Below are positions 8,572 through 16,398 of a stretch of 30,338 nucleotides of DNA, in pieces. The notes beneath the pieces were generated by a model. The model saw only the letters and a list, made by a program, of their open reading frames with translations. It ran no database searches and was not told the origin of the DNA. Within the stretch, counting starts at the first letter, position 1; every line of letters starts with the position of its first letter. This DNA comes from a virus (taxonomy: Duplodnaviria > Caudoviricetes), in the IMG/VR virus record IMGVR_UViG_3300019872_000011, positions 1-30,338 of that record; one strand, 5' to 3'. The position numbers were made by a program, and so were the translations under genes.

Positions 8572-8906
8572 CAGAGCCTCGTCAATCTGGAGACTCGCGT
8601 CCCGCTAGAGAGTCCGGGCGGGATCGTCCCGGAGGTGGCTTGGTCGCGGAAGATGGCGGCCATCTTCAACGCGTTGTCAATCAGGTCCGACATCTTGCGG
8701 CTGGACCCGCCCTCGCTCGTGTCTACCATCGAGGTCCAAGACGCTGCCTTTTGCGTCCAGACCAGGTAGGCCACCGATGAGGTCGAGGTGCCATCCGACG
8801 CAGCCGCGTCGAGGAGGTTGCCGATGTAGACGTCCGTGTACGGCTCGACGTTCTCGGGCTCGGAGATCAGGAGCCGGAACGCTGCAATCTGCTCTGCTGT
8901 CGCCAT
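8571..8906 (-). CDS. Head-to-tail adaptor, 111 aa
   Basis: FRLLISE...YTD...VWTQKAA...VDTSEGGSSRKMSDL pattern. RBS GGAGGAGGAG. Synteny. Confidence 0.78.
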   Translation of the reverse strand: MATAEQIAAFRLLISEPENVEPYTDVYIGNLLDAAASDGTSTSSVAYLVWTQKAASWTSMVDTSEGGSSRKMSDLIDNALKMAAIFRDQATSGTIPPGLSSGTRVSRLTRL

Positions 8907-8925
8907 CTCTCCTCCTCCAGGTAGT

Positions 8926-8962
8926 GGTGGGGCCGATCGGTCGGGTGACGACCGGCCCCACC
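8926..8962 (-). terminator. GC-rich intergenic hairpin (terminator/attenuator-like, no U tract)
   Basis: Arms GGTGGGGCCG (8926-8935) and CGGCCCCACC (8953-8962) with further inner pairing. Lies after the capsid genes. Confidence 0.55.
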
Positions 8963-8969
8963 TGCCCTA

Positions 8970-9383
8970 CTACTGCGCGTCGTCGTGCTCCTGCAGACGG
9001 GCCGCGAGGTCCGCCTTGGTGCCCGACTTGCTGAGCTGACGGGAGCCGGCCTCGGCCTGGAGCTCAGAGAGCGTCCATTCCTCGTACGGGCGATCGTCGT
9101 CCTCGTCGGTCTCCTCGCCGGGGGCCAAGGGCAGCGACGCGCCCAGGTCCTCGACGATGTATGCCTCCAACTGGGCCACGCGGGCCTGGAGGTTGGTGAC
9201 CACGGCGAGATCGCCGGTGGCCGGCTGCTCTCCCCGCATGCGGGCCTCGTACGCCGCGAGGGCGTCCGGGTCCGGCGGGAACTCCTGGTCCAGGTAGGCG
9301 ACCTGCGAAACGTGACCGCGCGACACCAGGTAGGTGCGGTCCTCGTCCGAGAGCGTCCGGTCCTGGGGGATTTGGCGACTCAT
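8970..9383 (-). CDS. SAP-like domain protein, 137 aa
   Basis: C-terminal WTLSELQAEAGSRQLSKSGTKADLAARL matches the SAP/HeH consensus. Follows the major capsid gene. Confidence 0.75.
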   Translation of the reverse strand: MSRQIPQDRTLSDEDRTYLVSRGHVSQVAYLDQEFPPDPDALAAYEARMRGEQPATGDLAVVTNLQARVAQLEAYIVEDLGASLPLAPGEETDEDDDRPYEEWTLSELQAEAGSRQLSKSGTKADLAARLQEHDDAQ

Positions 9384-9395
9384 GGGATGTCCTCC

Positions 9396-10556
9396 TTACC
9401 AAGCCATCACGGCGGGCACGGCGTAGGAGGCCGCGTTCTGCATGATCGCAGCCGCACCCCGCAGCCGGACGCCCGTACCGATTCCCCGGATGTAGAAGGA
9501 ATCGATCAGCGGGTAATTCTGGTTGTTGCCCGGACGAAGCACGAGGCCTCGCAGGCTCGGGTTGGCGTGCTCGCGGATGCCGACGACGTTGGTCGCCGAG
9601 TTCCGGCCCTGCACGGCCACGGCCACCATGTACCCGGCCGGGATCTGGGCGTCCTGGACGATGAGGTACTGCCCCCAGGATCCGAGAACCTCCATCCCGG
9701 CGAAGGTGTTCGACGGCAGCCCGCCCACGAGCGTGAACCCGGGCGGCAACTGCAGCGCGAGGTTCTGGCCCTGGGATGGGATGAAGTCGTAGATGGACGT
9801 CACGGTCGAGGTGCTGAAGACCGTGTTGCGGACGAACCGCTGCACCGTCGCCTGCGCATCGGTCGGGTTCATCAAGAACACGACGTTGAAGCCCTGGGCG
9901 CGGGTGTAGCCGTGGTGCTCGACCGTGCCCGCGAGGTCGAGGAAGTCCTGGGGGTCGAAGATCCAGGCCTGCGACGAACCGGTGGCGAGGTAGTGCTGGT
10001 GCGAGCCGGCGAACGTCGTCCCCTTGTAGGGCGGGATGTACGCGCCGTCCGCGTTGTAGAGCGCCGTCACGGTGTACGGGGTCGCTCCGGCCAGCTGGTC
10101 GATGTTCGCGGTCCGGTTGGCGTTGTTGAACAACGCCTTCATGACCATCTCGAACTGCAGCTGGTTGTCCGCTTCCATGACCTGGTTGAGGATCGTGTCC
10201 AGCTGGGCCTGCGAGGCGCCGACCGACTGCGAGGGCCCACCGGCCAGGAACTGGAAGGTGTACCCCGCCCGAGTGTCCCACCAGTCGAACGGGTAGGCGC
10301 GCTGGGTGATGACCGGCGCGGGCCGGATCGACTGCGGGATACCGAACTCCGAGGCCTTCTCGAACTTCTCCTGGCCCGGCTGGACGATGTCCTCGATGAT
10401 GGTGTCAACGCCCACCGAGAGGAGGTCGATGAGCGGCTGGCGCGTCGCGTTGAACGCGGCGAGCGCGTCCTGGTACGAGGACCAGATGGTGTTGAGGTTC
10501 TGACCGTCGCGCGTGACGGTCAAGATGTCGCCGGTAGTGCCGTAACCCTTTGCCAT
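9396..10556 (-). CDS. Major capsid protein, 386 aa
   Basis: Size, highly biased codon usage, FEKASEFGIP and YPLIDSFYIRGIGTGVRLRG motifs. Located after scaffold and cement genes. Confidence 0.88.
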   Translation of the reverse strand: MAKGYGTTGDILTVTRDGQNLNTIWSSYQDALAAFNATRQPLIDLLSVGVDTIIEDIVQPGQEKFEKASEFGIPQSIRPAPVITQRAYPFDWWDTRAGYTFQFLAGGPSQSVGASQAQLDTILNQVMEADNQLQFEMVMKALFNNANRTANIDQLAGATPYTVTALYNADGAYIPPYKGTTFAGSHQHYLATGSSQAWIFDPQDFLDLAGTVEHHGYTRAQGFNVVFLMNPTDAQATVQRFVRNTVFSTSTVTSIYDFIPSQGQNLALQLPPGFTLVGGLPSNTFAGMEVLGSWGQYLIVQDAQIPAGYMVAVAVQGRNSATNVVGIREHANPSLRGLVLRPGNNQNYPLIDSFYIRGIGTGVRLRGAAAIMQNAASYAVPAVMAW

Positions 10557-10569
10557 AGCTCAACCCTCC

Positions 10570-10962
10570 TTACGCCACGATAGCGACGGTGGGGACGCGG
10601 ACGACCATCCGGTCCAGCTGGATCATCTTGCCGACGATCACGCCCAGAGTCGCCGTGTTGTCCACGGTGCCGTCCAGGTGGACGTACACGAGCGCACCGG
10701 CGGTGAACGCGGTACCCGCCGTCATGGTGGCCTCGGCGATCTCGCCGGCCGTCATGACGTCGATGATGTCGCCGGCCGCCATCGGCCGAACCGCGCAGAT
10801 GAGGCCGACGATCGCACCGGCGGCCGAACCGCCGATGATGGCCTTGCCGCTGGTGTTGACCGAGACGCCCTGGATCTTCCCGACGTTCGCGGCGAGAATC
10901 GCGGCGTTGAGCGGCACGCGGAACCCTCCCACGACCGGCCCATACTTATCGAACCTTGACAT
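10570..10962 (-). CDS. Capsid cement/decoration protein, 130 aa
   Basis: Start taken at ATG 10962 (MSRFDKYGP) with RBS GAGGAGGG. AGDIIDVMTAGEI motif. Lies between scaffold and major capsid genes. Confidence 0.75.
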   Translation of the reverse strand: MSRFDKYGPVVGGFRVPLNAAILAANVGKIQGVSVNTSGKAIIGGSAAGAIVGLICAVRPMAAGDIIDVMTAGEIAEATMTAGTAFTAGALVYVHLDGTVDNTATLGVIVGKMIQLDRMVVRVPTVAIVA

Positions 10963-10990
10963 TACTACCCTCCTCGTTTGTCTCGATCGG

Positions 10991-11650
10991 CTAGCCGCGT
11001 GCGCGGAGCGCCGGGAACCTCTTCTTGAGTTCGTCGCCGGTCGTGCCGGCTGGCTTGCCGTTCCCGCCAGCCGGGGGAGTCCCGAGAACTGGAGGAGTGG
11101 TGCCCTGACCGTCTCCAGCCGGGGCTTCTGGCTTGAGCATGTACGGGTGGGACTTAGCCAGGGCCTCGATCGCCTGCTCCATCCCGGAGACCTTGCCATC
11201 CGAGTCGATGGTGATCTTGGTCATGTCCAGGAGCCCTCGCGCCGTGTTCGCGTCGTGCCAGTCCCGCTTGTTCGCGGAGTAGAACGCGTTCTCGATGCGA
11301 GCCGTTTGGAGCGCCGTGTTCAGCGCCTCATTCTGCTTCTGGAGTTCGGCGGAATCCCGCTTCAGCTTGTCCATTTCCGGCAGATCCTTGTCCAGGAGTT
11401 GCCGCAACTGGGCTTCCGTGTCCGCCGCCCGCTTGTCCGCCGCGACCATCCGAGCCCGAACCTGCTCCAACTCCGTAGCCGGGACCATCGGCGTGGCGCT
11501 CTGTCCGGCCGGATCCGTTACTGGAGTCGTGGTGGTGGGGTCGGTTCCGGTGCCACTCTGTGCACCTGTGCCTGCGGTTCCCGTTCCGGATCCGTCGCCG
11601 CCACCCTGTGCGGTTCCGTCGCCACTCTGTGCGCCATCCGGCTGTGCCAT
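10991..11650 (-). CDS. Scaffolding protein, 219 aa
   Basis: Start taken at ATG 11650 (RBS GGGAGG). Gly/Thr-rich N-terminus, coiled coil, LAKSHPYMLK motif, and C-terminal LKKRFPALR. Confidence 0.85.
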   Translation of the reverse strand: MAQPDGAQSGDGTAQGGGDGSGTGTAGTGAQSGTGTDPTTTTPVTDPAGQSATPMVPATELEQVRARMVAADKRAADTEAQLRQLLDKDLPEMDKLKRDSAELQKQNEALNTALQTARIENAFYSANKRDWHDANTARGLLDMTKITIDSDGKVSGMEQAIEALAKSHPYMLKPEAPAGDGQGTTPPVLGTPPAGGNGKPAGTTGDELKKRFPALRARG

Positions 11651-11665
11651 GTCTTGCCTCCCGAG

Positions 11666-11696
11666 ATCATATACCCGACGAATGCCGCCAAGTCTA
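11666..11696 (-). promoter_or_regulatory. Candidate promoter for the scaffold/capsid operon
   Basis: Minus strand TAGACT-N19-TATGAT, between the terminator and the scaffold RBS. Spacing is non-optimal. Confidence 0.4.
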
Positions 11697-11713
11697 TCTC
11701 CGGGATCTTGTCC

Positions 11714-11751
11714 AAACACAAAAGAGGCGCCCGCCGGAGCAGGGCGCCTCT
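11714..11751 (-). terminator. Rho-independent terminator
   Basis: 10-bp stem AGAGGCGCCC/GGGCGCCTCT (11723-11732/11742-11751), followed on the minus strand by TTTGTGTTT. Confidence 0.82.
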
Positions 11752-11781
11752 CAAGCAACTGGAGTACGTGGAGCGGGTAGA

Positions 11782-12294
11782 TCAGGCGTCCGGGGTGACC
11801 TCTTCGGCCGGGCCGAACTTGAACGAACGCGAGGCCACGTCGCCGGCCACCACGTTCACGGTCTCGACGAGGGCCGAGCCGTCCGGGAAGGTGGCGGTGA
11901 CCTGGGCGGAGCCGAGAGCGCCGACCGCCGCTACCTCGCCGGTACCGTCGCCGTTGTCCGTCAGCACGATGACCGTGCCGGCCGTGTCGTCGGTGGTGTA
12001 GGTCGCCTGATCGGCCGAGGGGCCAATCTCGTTCCCCATCTCGTCGACGTCGACGAGGCCGAGGATGGCAACCTTCTTGTCTGACTGCAGGTTCATGATG
12101 AGATCGACCTCTCCAGAGCGCGGACTGTAGGGCTGGGGAATGCTCGGGATCCGGTCGGCGGGAACCGTCTTGAGGTGCGCCCCGAACTTGAGCACCTGCC
12201 GTGGCTTCGCCGGTAGACCCTTGACATGCCAAATGGTCTCGACCACGACGCCGCCGTAGTCGATGGCCTGCCCCCGGTACTTAGGACCGTTCAC
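11782..12294 (-). CDS. Ig-like domain protein (start uncertain: GTG 12294 or ATG 12096)
   Basis: The C-terminal 104 aa is acidic and beta-rich with an Ig-like pattern (VAAVGALGSAQVTAT...ETVNVVAG). RBS GGAGAGG precedes ATG 12096. Confidence 0.62.
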   Translation of the reverse strand: MNGPKYRGQAIDYGGVVVETIWHVKGLPAKPRQVLKFGAHLKTVPADRIPSIPQPYSPRSGEVDLIMNLQSDKKVAILGLVDVDEMGNEIGPSADQATYTTDDTAGTVIVLTDNGDGTGEVAAVGALGSAQVTATFPDGSALVETVNVVAGDVASRSFKFGPAEEVTPDA

Positions 12295-12304
12295 GGTCGA
12301 TACC

Positions 12305-12568
12305 CTACCCGGCCACGGGGACTTCAAACGTCGTGCGCCACGTCTGGAACGCCTCGGCCTGCGCAGCCGTGGGGCCGAGGATGAAGCGGATCCCACGGTC
12401 TCCCGGCAGCGAGTGCCGGTGGTCTCCGCCTAGGCCCATGATCGGCGGGATGCCTTCCGGGAACGCCGGGCAGGTTCGGACGGCGCGCCCCGGCTCGGTC
12501 GAGGAGGCTGGCCGGTCGGCGCGGTGCAGCCGGGCGCACCCTTGGCACTGGCTCGGGTTGATGCTCAT
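12305..12568 (-). CDS. Small Cys-rich MuF-associated protein, candidate immunity protein, 87 aa
   Basis: CQGC...CPAFPEGIP...DH...PGDRGIRF. ATGA-coupled to the MuF gene. Confidence 0.7.
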   Translation of the reverse strand: MSINPSQCQGCARLHRADRPASSTEPGRAVRTCPAFPEGIPPIMGLGGDHRHSLPGDRGIRFILGPTAAQAEAFQTWRTTFEVPVAG

Positions 12569-14811
12569 GGCGTCTTGGCTGCTTCCTCTGCTAGTCGCTT
12601 CATGATGTTGCCTATCCGAATGATGTGGGGTCGAGCCTGCTTGCCGCTAGTGCTGTACTCGGTCCAGATCTCGGCGAAGAGTTCGCGGATCGAGGTCGAG
12701 CCGTACCCGGAGACCTTCGCCGCTGCCTGGACCTTGTGCGCCGCGAGCCAGGCGTTGAGGTCGGCCTCGTCGATCCGGCCGCCTCCCTTCCTGCCCCACC
12801 GGCCGCGAGCGCGAGCCGCGTCGTCGAACCGCGCGAAGCTCAGCCCGTCTCCGAGGGCGTCCAGAAGCTCCTTCGCGACCTTCGCGCTCATCTCACCCCG
12901 TGCGCCCATGATCACGCGGTCGACATGGTGCCCGTACTCGTGCGCCACGGTCGAGGATATGCCCGGTCGCTTGGTTGGCGCATGGAAGTGCCCAGGACCG
13001 GCCGCGCCGGTCGAGAACGCCCGGTCATAGTCCTCGAACATGTCATGCCAGTGCGGGTTGAGCCGGATCCTCTGCTCCGCCATGTAGTACGTGTAGTCCG
13101 CCCCCGTATCGGCGCCCATCTCGAAGATGGTGGCCCGACCCTCCGCCGTCCAGGGTAGGTCGGCCTCGACTGAGGAAATCTGCTGCATGGCCTTCGGGGT
13201 GAGGCGTGCCTGCCTGTCCAACTCCTCGCGCACCTTCGTACGTAGTCCCGATTGCGAGGCCTTGACCTCGTTCCGCGCCCGGATCGTCTGGAGGGCGCGC
13301 TTGAGGTCGTCCGCGTAGGAGTCCGTGATCGGGGAGACGGTCGCCTTGAAGAGGAAGACTTCGGACCCGTCGTCGAGTTGGACGGAGTATCCCGGCCGCT
13401 TGATCTGGACCGGATCGCCGGCCTTGATCTTTGTCTCGGCCGAGAAGGTCTCGTGTACGTCCGGGCTGTACTTGGTGCGCGTCCCGGCCGTACCGATGCG
13501 CTGGAGCCCTTCCCGCTCCGCGATCGCGTCGAGCCGCGCCATGACCTTCTCGACGTCGGCCGTAGCCGCGAGGAGGTCCAGCAGTTCCGCCTCCATACTC
13601 TCCGAGAGCACAGACGAGGCGTTGCCTCGGACGTGCGAGCCCGAGTCCTTGATGGCCTGCTGGACGCCGTACGCCGCGTCCGTGCCCGAGGCCTCGGCTC
13701 GGAAGATCACCGCCTGCACGTCGGCCGCCGTGTTCGCGATCGCCGTCTTGGCCTCTATCTCGCGGTTGCGGGCTCGGGCAGCGGCCCGGCGCGCTGCCTT
13801 CGGATCCAGGTCCGGAGATCCAGGGAGGCCGGGCGACGTGCCACCCCGGGGCAGGCTTCCCGGCTTGAGCGTGCCCTCCCAACCCGGCGCACCAACCGAG
13901 GCGCCCTTTCGCTGCAGGTACTCGTCATATTTCCCGCCGACGAGGGAGTCCAGGAAATCCTCCTCCGAAGGCAGCACCGGCGTAACAACGCATAGGCACT
14001 GAGGGTGCGGCTTGGACGGGATCTCCCGAGGTGGGTAGACGCCCGGCCCGAGGTTGAAGCCGTCCCGGGCCGCGTACTCGTCGCACACATCCTTCTTGGG
14101 GTGGCTGCCCGAGATCCGCCATTGCCCACCCACGCTCCAGGGCTTCTCGTTGATCTGGTTGACGGAGATCGCGTGGTACGCGTTGTTGACCTCCGTCCGG
14201 GCGAGCCGGAGGGCGGCGTACCGAACCCCACCCGGCGTGCGCGGGTTGAACCAGTCGCGCGCCTCGGTCGCGAACTCCGCGACCGTCAGCCCTCGGGCAA
14301 GGGCGGCGTTGATCTTCCGGTCCAGCACCCCATCGGCCCAGATCTTGGACTTATAGATCCTCTGCGAGAGGTCGAACGCCGATTGGGTGATCCGCGTGAC
14401 GGCGACCTCTACCGTCTGCTCCAGACCACGCGTAAGGGCGTTGGATAGGAGCCGGCCGGTATCCGGGTCGCCGGCCGCCGCGAAGGCGAGAGAGTCGATC
14501 GTAGACCCCAAAGCTGACGCCCGTAGCGCGGCCTCGATCCGGCGAGCGCGGATGATGTCGCCGGTCGCCGTGTAGATCCGCAGTTGCTCCCGCATCATCG
14601 CGGCCCGGATCCGCTGCATCTGCTCGATCCGGACCGTCTCGCCTATGCCTGCCTTGCCGGCCTTCAACGCGGCTGCGATCTCCCGGTTGATGGACATGAG
14701 GGAGGTATTCACCACACGAAGGATCTCCGCGTCGGTGATCTGCTGGATCTTGGCGTACGCCCGCAGCCACTCCGGTTGGCCCGGCGCCCCGGCCGGGAAC
14801 GCCGCAGCCAC
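12565..14811 (-). CDS. MuF-like minor head protein with GrpE-like and zinc-metallopeptidase extensions, 748 aa
   Basis: RLARTEVNNAY, SHPKKDVCD and KPHPQCLC are MuF motifs. HEYGH lies at 12928-12942 with a downstream ELFAE. Follows the portal gene. Confidence 0.85.
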   Translation of the reverse strand: MAAAFPAGAPGQPEWLRAYAKIQQITDAEILRVVNTSLMSINREIAAALKAGKAGIGETVRIEQMQRIRAAMMREQLRIYTATGDIIRARRIEAALRASALGSTIDSLAFAAAGDPDTGRLLSNALTRGLEQTVEVAVTRITQSAFDLSQRIYKSKIWADGVLDRKINAALARGLTVAEFATEARDWFNPRTPGGVRYAALRLARTEVNNAYHAISVNQINEKPWSVGGQWRISGSHPKKDVCDEYAARDGFNLGPGVYPPREIPSKPHPQCLCVVTPVLPSEEDFLDSLVGGKYDEYLQRKGASVGAPGWEGTLKPGSLPRGGTSPGLPGSPDLDPKAARRAAARARNREIEAKTAIANTAADVQAVIFRAEASGTDAAYGVQQAIKDSGSHVRGNASSVLSESMEAELLDLLAATADVEKVMARLDAIAEREGLQRIGTAGTRTKYSPDVHETFSAETKIKAGDPVQIKRPGYSVQLDDGSEVFLFKATVSPITDSYADDLKRALQTIRARNEVKASQSGLRTKVREELDRQARLTPKAMQQISSVEADLPWTAEGRATIFEMGADTGADYTYYMAEQRIRLNPHWHDMFEDYDRAFSTGAAGPGHFHAPTKRPGISSTVAHEYGHHVDRVIMGARGEMSAKVAKELLDALGDGLSFARFDDAARARGRWGRKGGGRIDEADLNAWLAAHKVQAAAKVSGYGSTSIRELFAEIWTEYSTSGKQARPHIIRIGNIMKRLAEEAAKTP

Positions 14812-16388
14812 TAGATCGCGTTCGGGTCAGCGGTCGGGTCGGTACCGTCGCCGGCCGCCGCGCCGAGACGCCCACCCACCTCGTCGAGTGCCTTGGCGGC
14901 CGCCGCGTCCATCCGGGCCTGCATGTCGGCCGGGAACTTGAACCCGAGCTTGGCGGTCAGGAACTCCCGCGCGAACTCGGCGTCAATGATGCCCGCTCCA
15001 GCGAGCGCCACGAGTTCGTCAATCGTCTCCTTGCGGTTCGGGGGAAGCGGGTCGCCGAACATCGAGGTGACGATGAGGCCGGTAACCGGCGTGCCCTCGT
15101 AGGCAGGCATCCATCCGTTGACGAGATCGTAGAGAAGCTGGTCGAGCTTCGCCGAGATCTCGACCTCCGTCTCAGCGTTCTTGGCGGTGATCGGGAACAT
15201 CTGGATGGCGAGCGCCACGCCGGACTCGGCCGCTGCCACGTCAACCTTGCCGACAGCGACGTCCGGCGTAGCCGTCGTCTCGCGCGCCTCGGCCTTCAGG
15301 AGTTCGATGTGGTCCTGGATTGGCTGGACCGTCGTCACCCCATCGACCTTGTTGAACTGCTTGCCGTCCTCCAACTCAACGACCGAGGCCGGCGAGATCG
15401 ACCATTCCACCTCAACGCCATCGTCGTCGCGAGGGCGCCCGGAGTCGGTCGTGTAGAGGCCGATCCCCATCAGCGCCACGGCCATGTCCTCGTCGGTCGC
15501 GTTCTGGATCACGCCCGCCAGGACCGTCTCGATCCCTTGCAGTTCCGAGAGGCCGAACGGCTCCGTCCCGTGCCGCCGGTTCCGGAAGTGGTAGATGGGT
15601 ATTGCGGTGATGTCGGCCGGGAGCACCCCACCGGCGAGGAGGAGCGGGTCAATCTCGGGCATCCACTCGGGCGGGTCGATCGGGACCAAGCTCTCCGCCG
15701 TCAGGGGCGACCGGTCGTCCCACTTGTCCTTCTCGTAGTACCCGATCTTGGCGAAGACGCCCCCGATCGGCCCGCCGAACTCGGTGGCCATGTCCTGATT
15801 GAGTAGGCGCCGGTACTCCATCCTTTGCGCCACCACGGGATCCTTCCCGTGCACCAACTGTGTCACGATGTAGCAGCCGATCACCCGGTCCGTGTCAACC
15901 GCATCGAAGATCGGGAAGTATTGCTCGGGCGTGACCTCGGTGATCCTGATGCGCGTGCCCTGGGGCTTGAGCGGGTCGGCCGAGATCTGTAGGAGGGCGT
16001 CGCCCTTGATCAGCATCCACCGCTTCATCGCCATGAACTTGGCCATGAACTCCTCGCGCTGGAAGAGGTCCTGGACAGCGGTCATCTGCGCGTCTCGGTC
16101 CTCGTCGGAGATCGTCACGTCCGGCGGGATCGCGGCGACCCACTCCAGGCCCTGGGCGAGGAAGCGGTTGGTGGCCTCGATGATCGAGCGGGCTACCGGG
16201 ATGTACCGGCGGGACTTCATGTCGTCGCCCTCGCGGAGGATCGCGGCGAAGGCGTCCGAAACGTTGGTGTAGATATCCGCGTACGTCCAGTAGGCCTGGA
16301 CGCGTGCCGAGTCCTCGGGCGCTGGGGTGTAGTCGGGCGCCGGTCGTGCTAGGGCGAGTGCCGTCTGGTAGGGCGATACTGCTGGCAC
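14811..16388 (-). CDS. Portal protein (SPP1-gp6-like), 525 aa
   Basis: IPIYHFRN...FGLSELQGIE and AESGVAL motifs. Directly after the terminase. Confidence 0.9.
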   Translation of the reverse strand: MPAVSPYQTALALARPAPDYTPAPEDSARVQAYWTYADIYTNVSDAFAAILREGDDMKSRRYIPVARSIIEATNRFLAQGLEWVAAIPPDVTISDEDRDAQMTAVQDLFQREEFMAKFMAMKRWMLIKGDALLQISADPLKPQGTRIRITEVTPEQYFPIFDAVDTDRVIGCYIVTQLVHGKDPVVAQRMEYRRLLNQDMATEFGGPIGGVFAKIGYYEKDKWDDRSPLTAESLVPIDPPEWMPEIDPLLLAGGVLPADITAIPIYHFRNRRHGTEPFGLSELQGIETVLAGVIQNATDEDMAVALMGIGLYTTDSGRPRDDDGVEVEWSISPASVVELEDGKQFNKVDGVTTVQPIQDHIELLKAEARETTATPDVAVGKVDVAAAESGVALAIQMFPITAKNAETEVEISAKLDQLLYDLVNGWMPAYEGTPVTGLIVTSMFGDPLPPNRKETIDELVALAGAGIIDAEFAREFLTAKLGFKFPADMQARMDAAAAKALDEVGGRLGAAAGDGTDPTADPNAI

Positions 16389-16398
16389 GCTCTCCTCC

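Noticed and set aside
9384-9398. Major capsid stop in frame with the downstream SAP gene (possible readthrough)
   Set aside because: TAAGGAGG plus a 7-nt spacer automatically gives a 12-nt gap. TAA is an efficient stop and the downstream gene has its own strong RBS.
11552-11632. Direct repeat GCCACTCTGTGC in the scaffold 5' region
   Set aside because: It encodes the repeated low-complexity peptide AQSG, which is ordinary for scaffold N-termini.
8985-12001. Long plus-strand ORFs (532 aa at 8985-10583, 470 aa at 10589-12001) and many similar ones across the window
   Set aside because: Antisense shadows of high-GC3 minus-strand genes. They have no RBS or recognisable motifs, and stop codons are rare in GC-rich DNA.
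10991-12232. 413-aa version of the scaffold ORF, and similar upstream extensions of ORFs at 5005, 10570, 21177 and 29073
   Set aside because: The extensions overlap other genes or cross a terminator. Internal starts with an RBS or stop-start overlap fit better.
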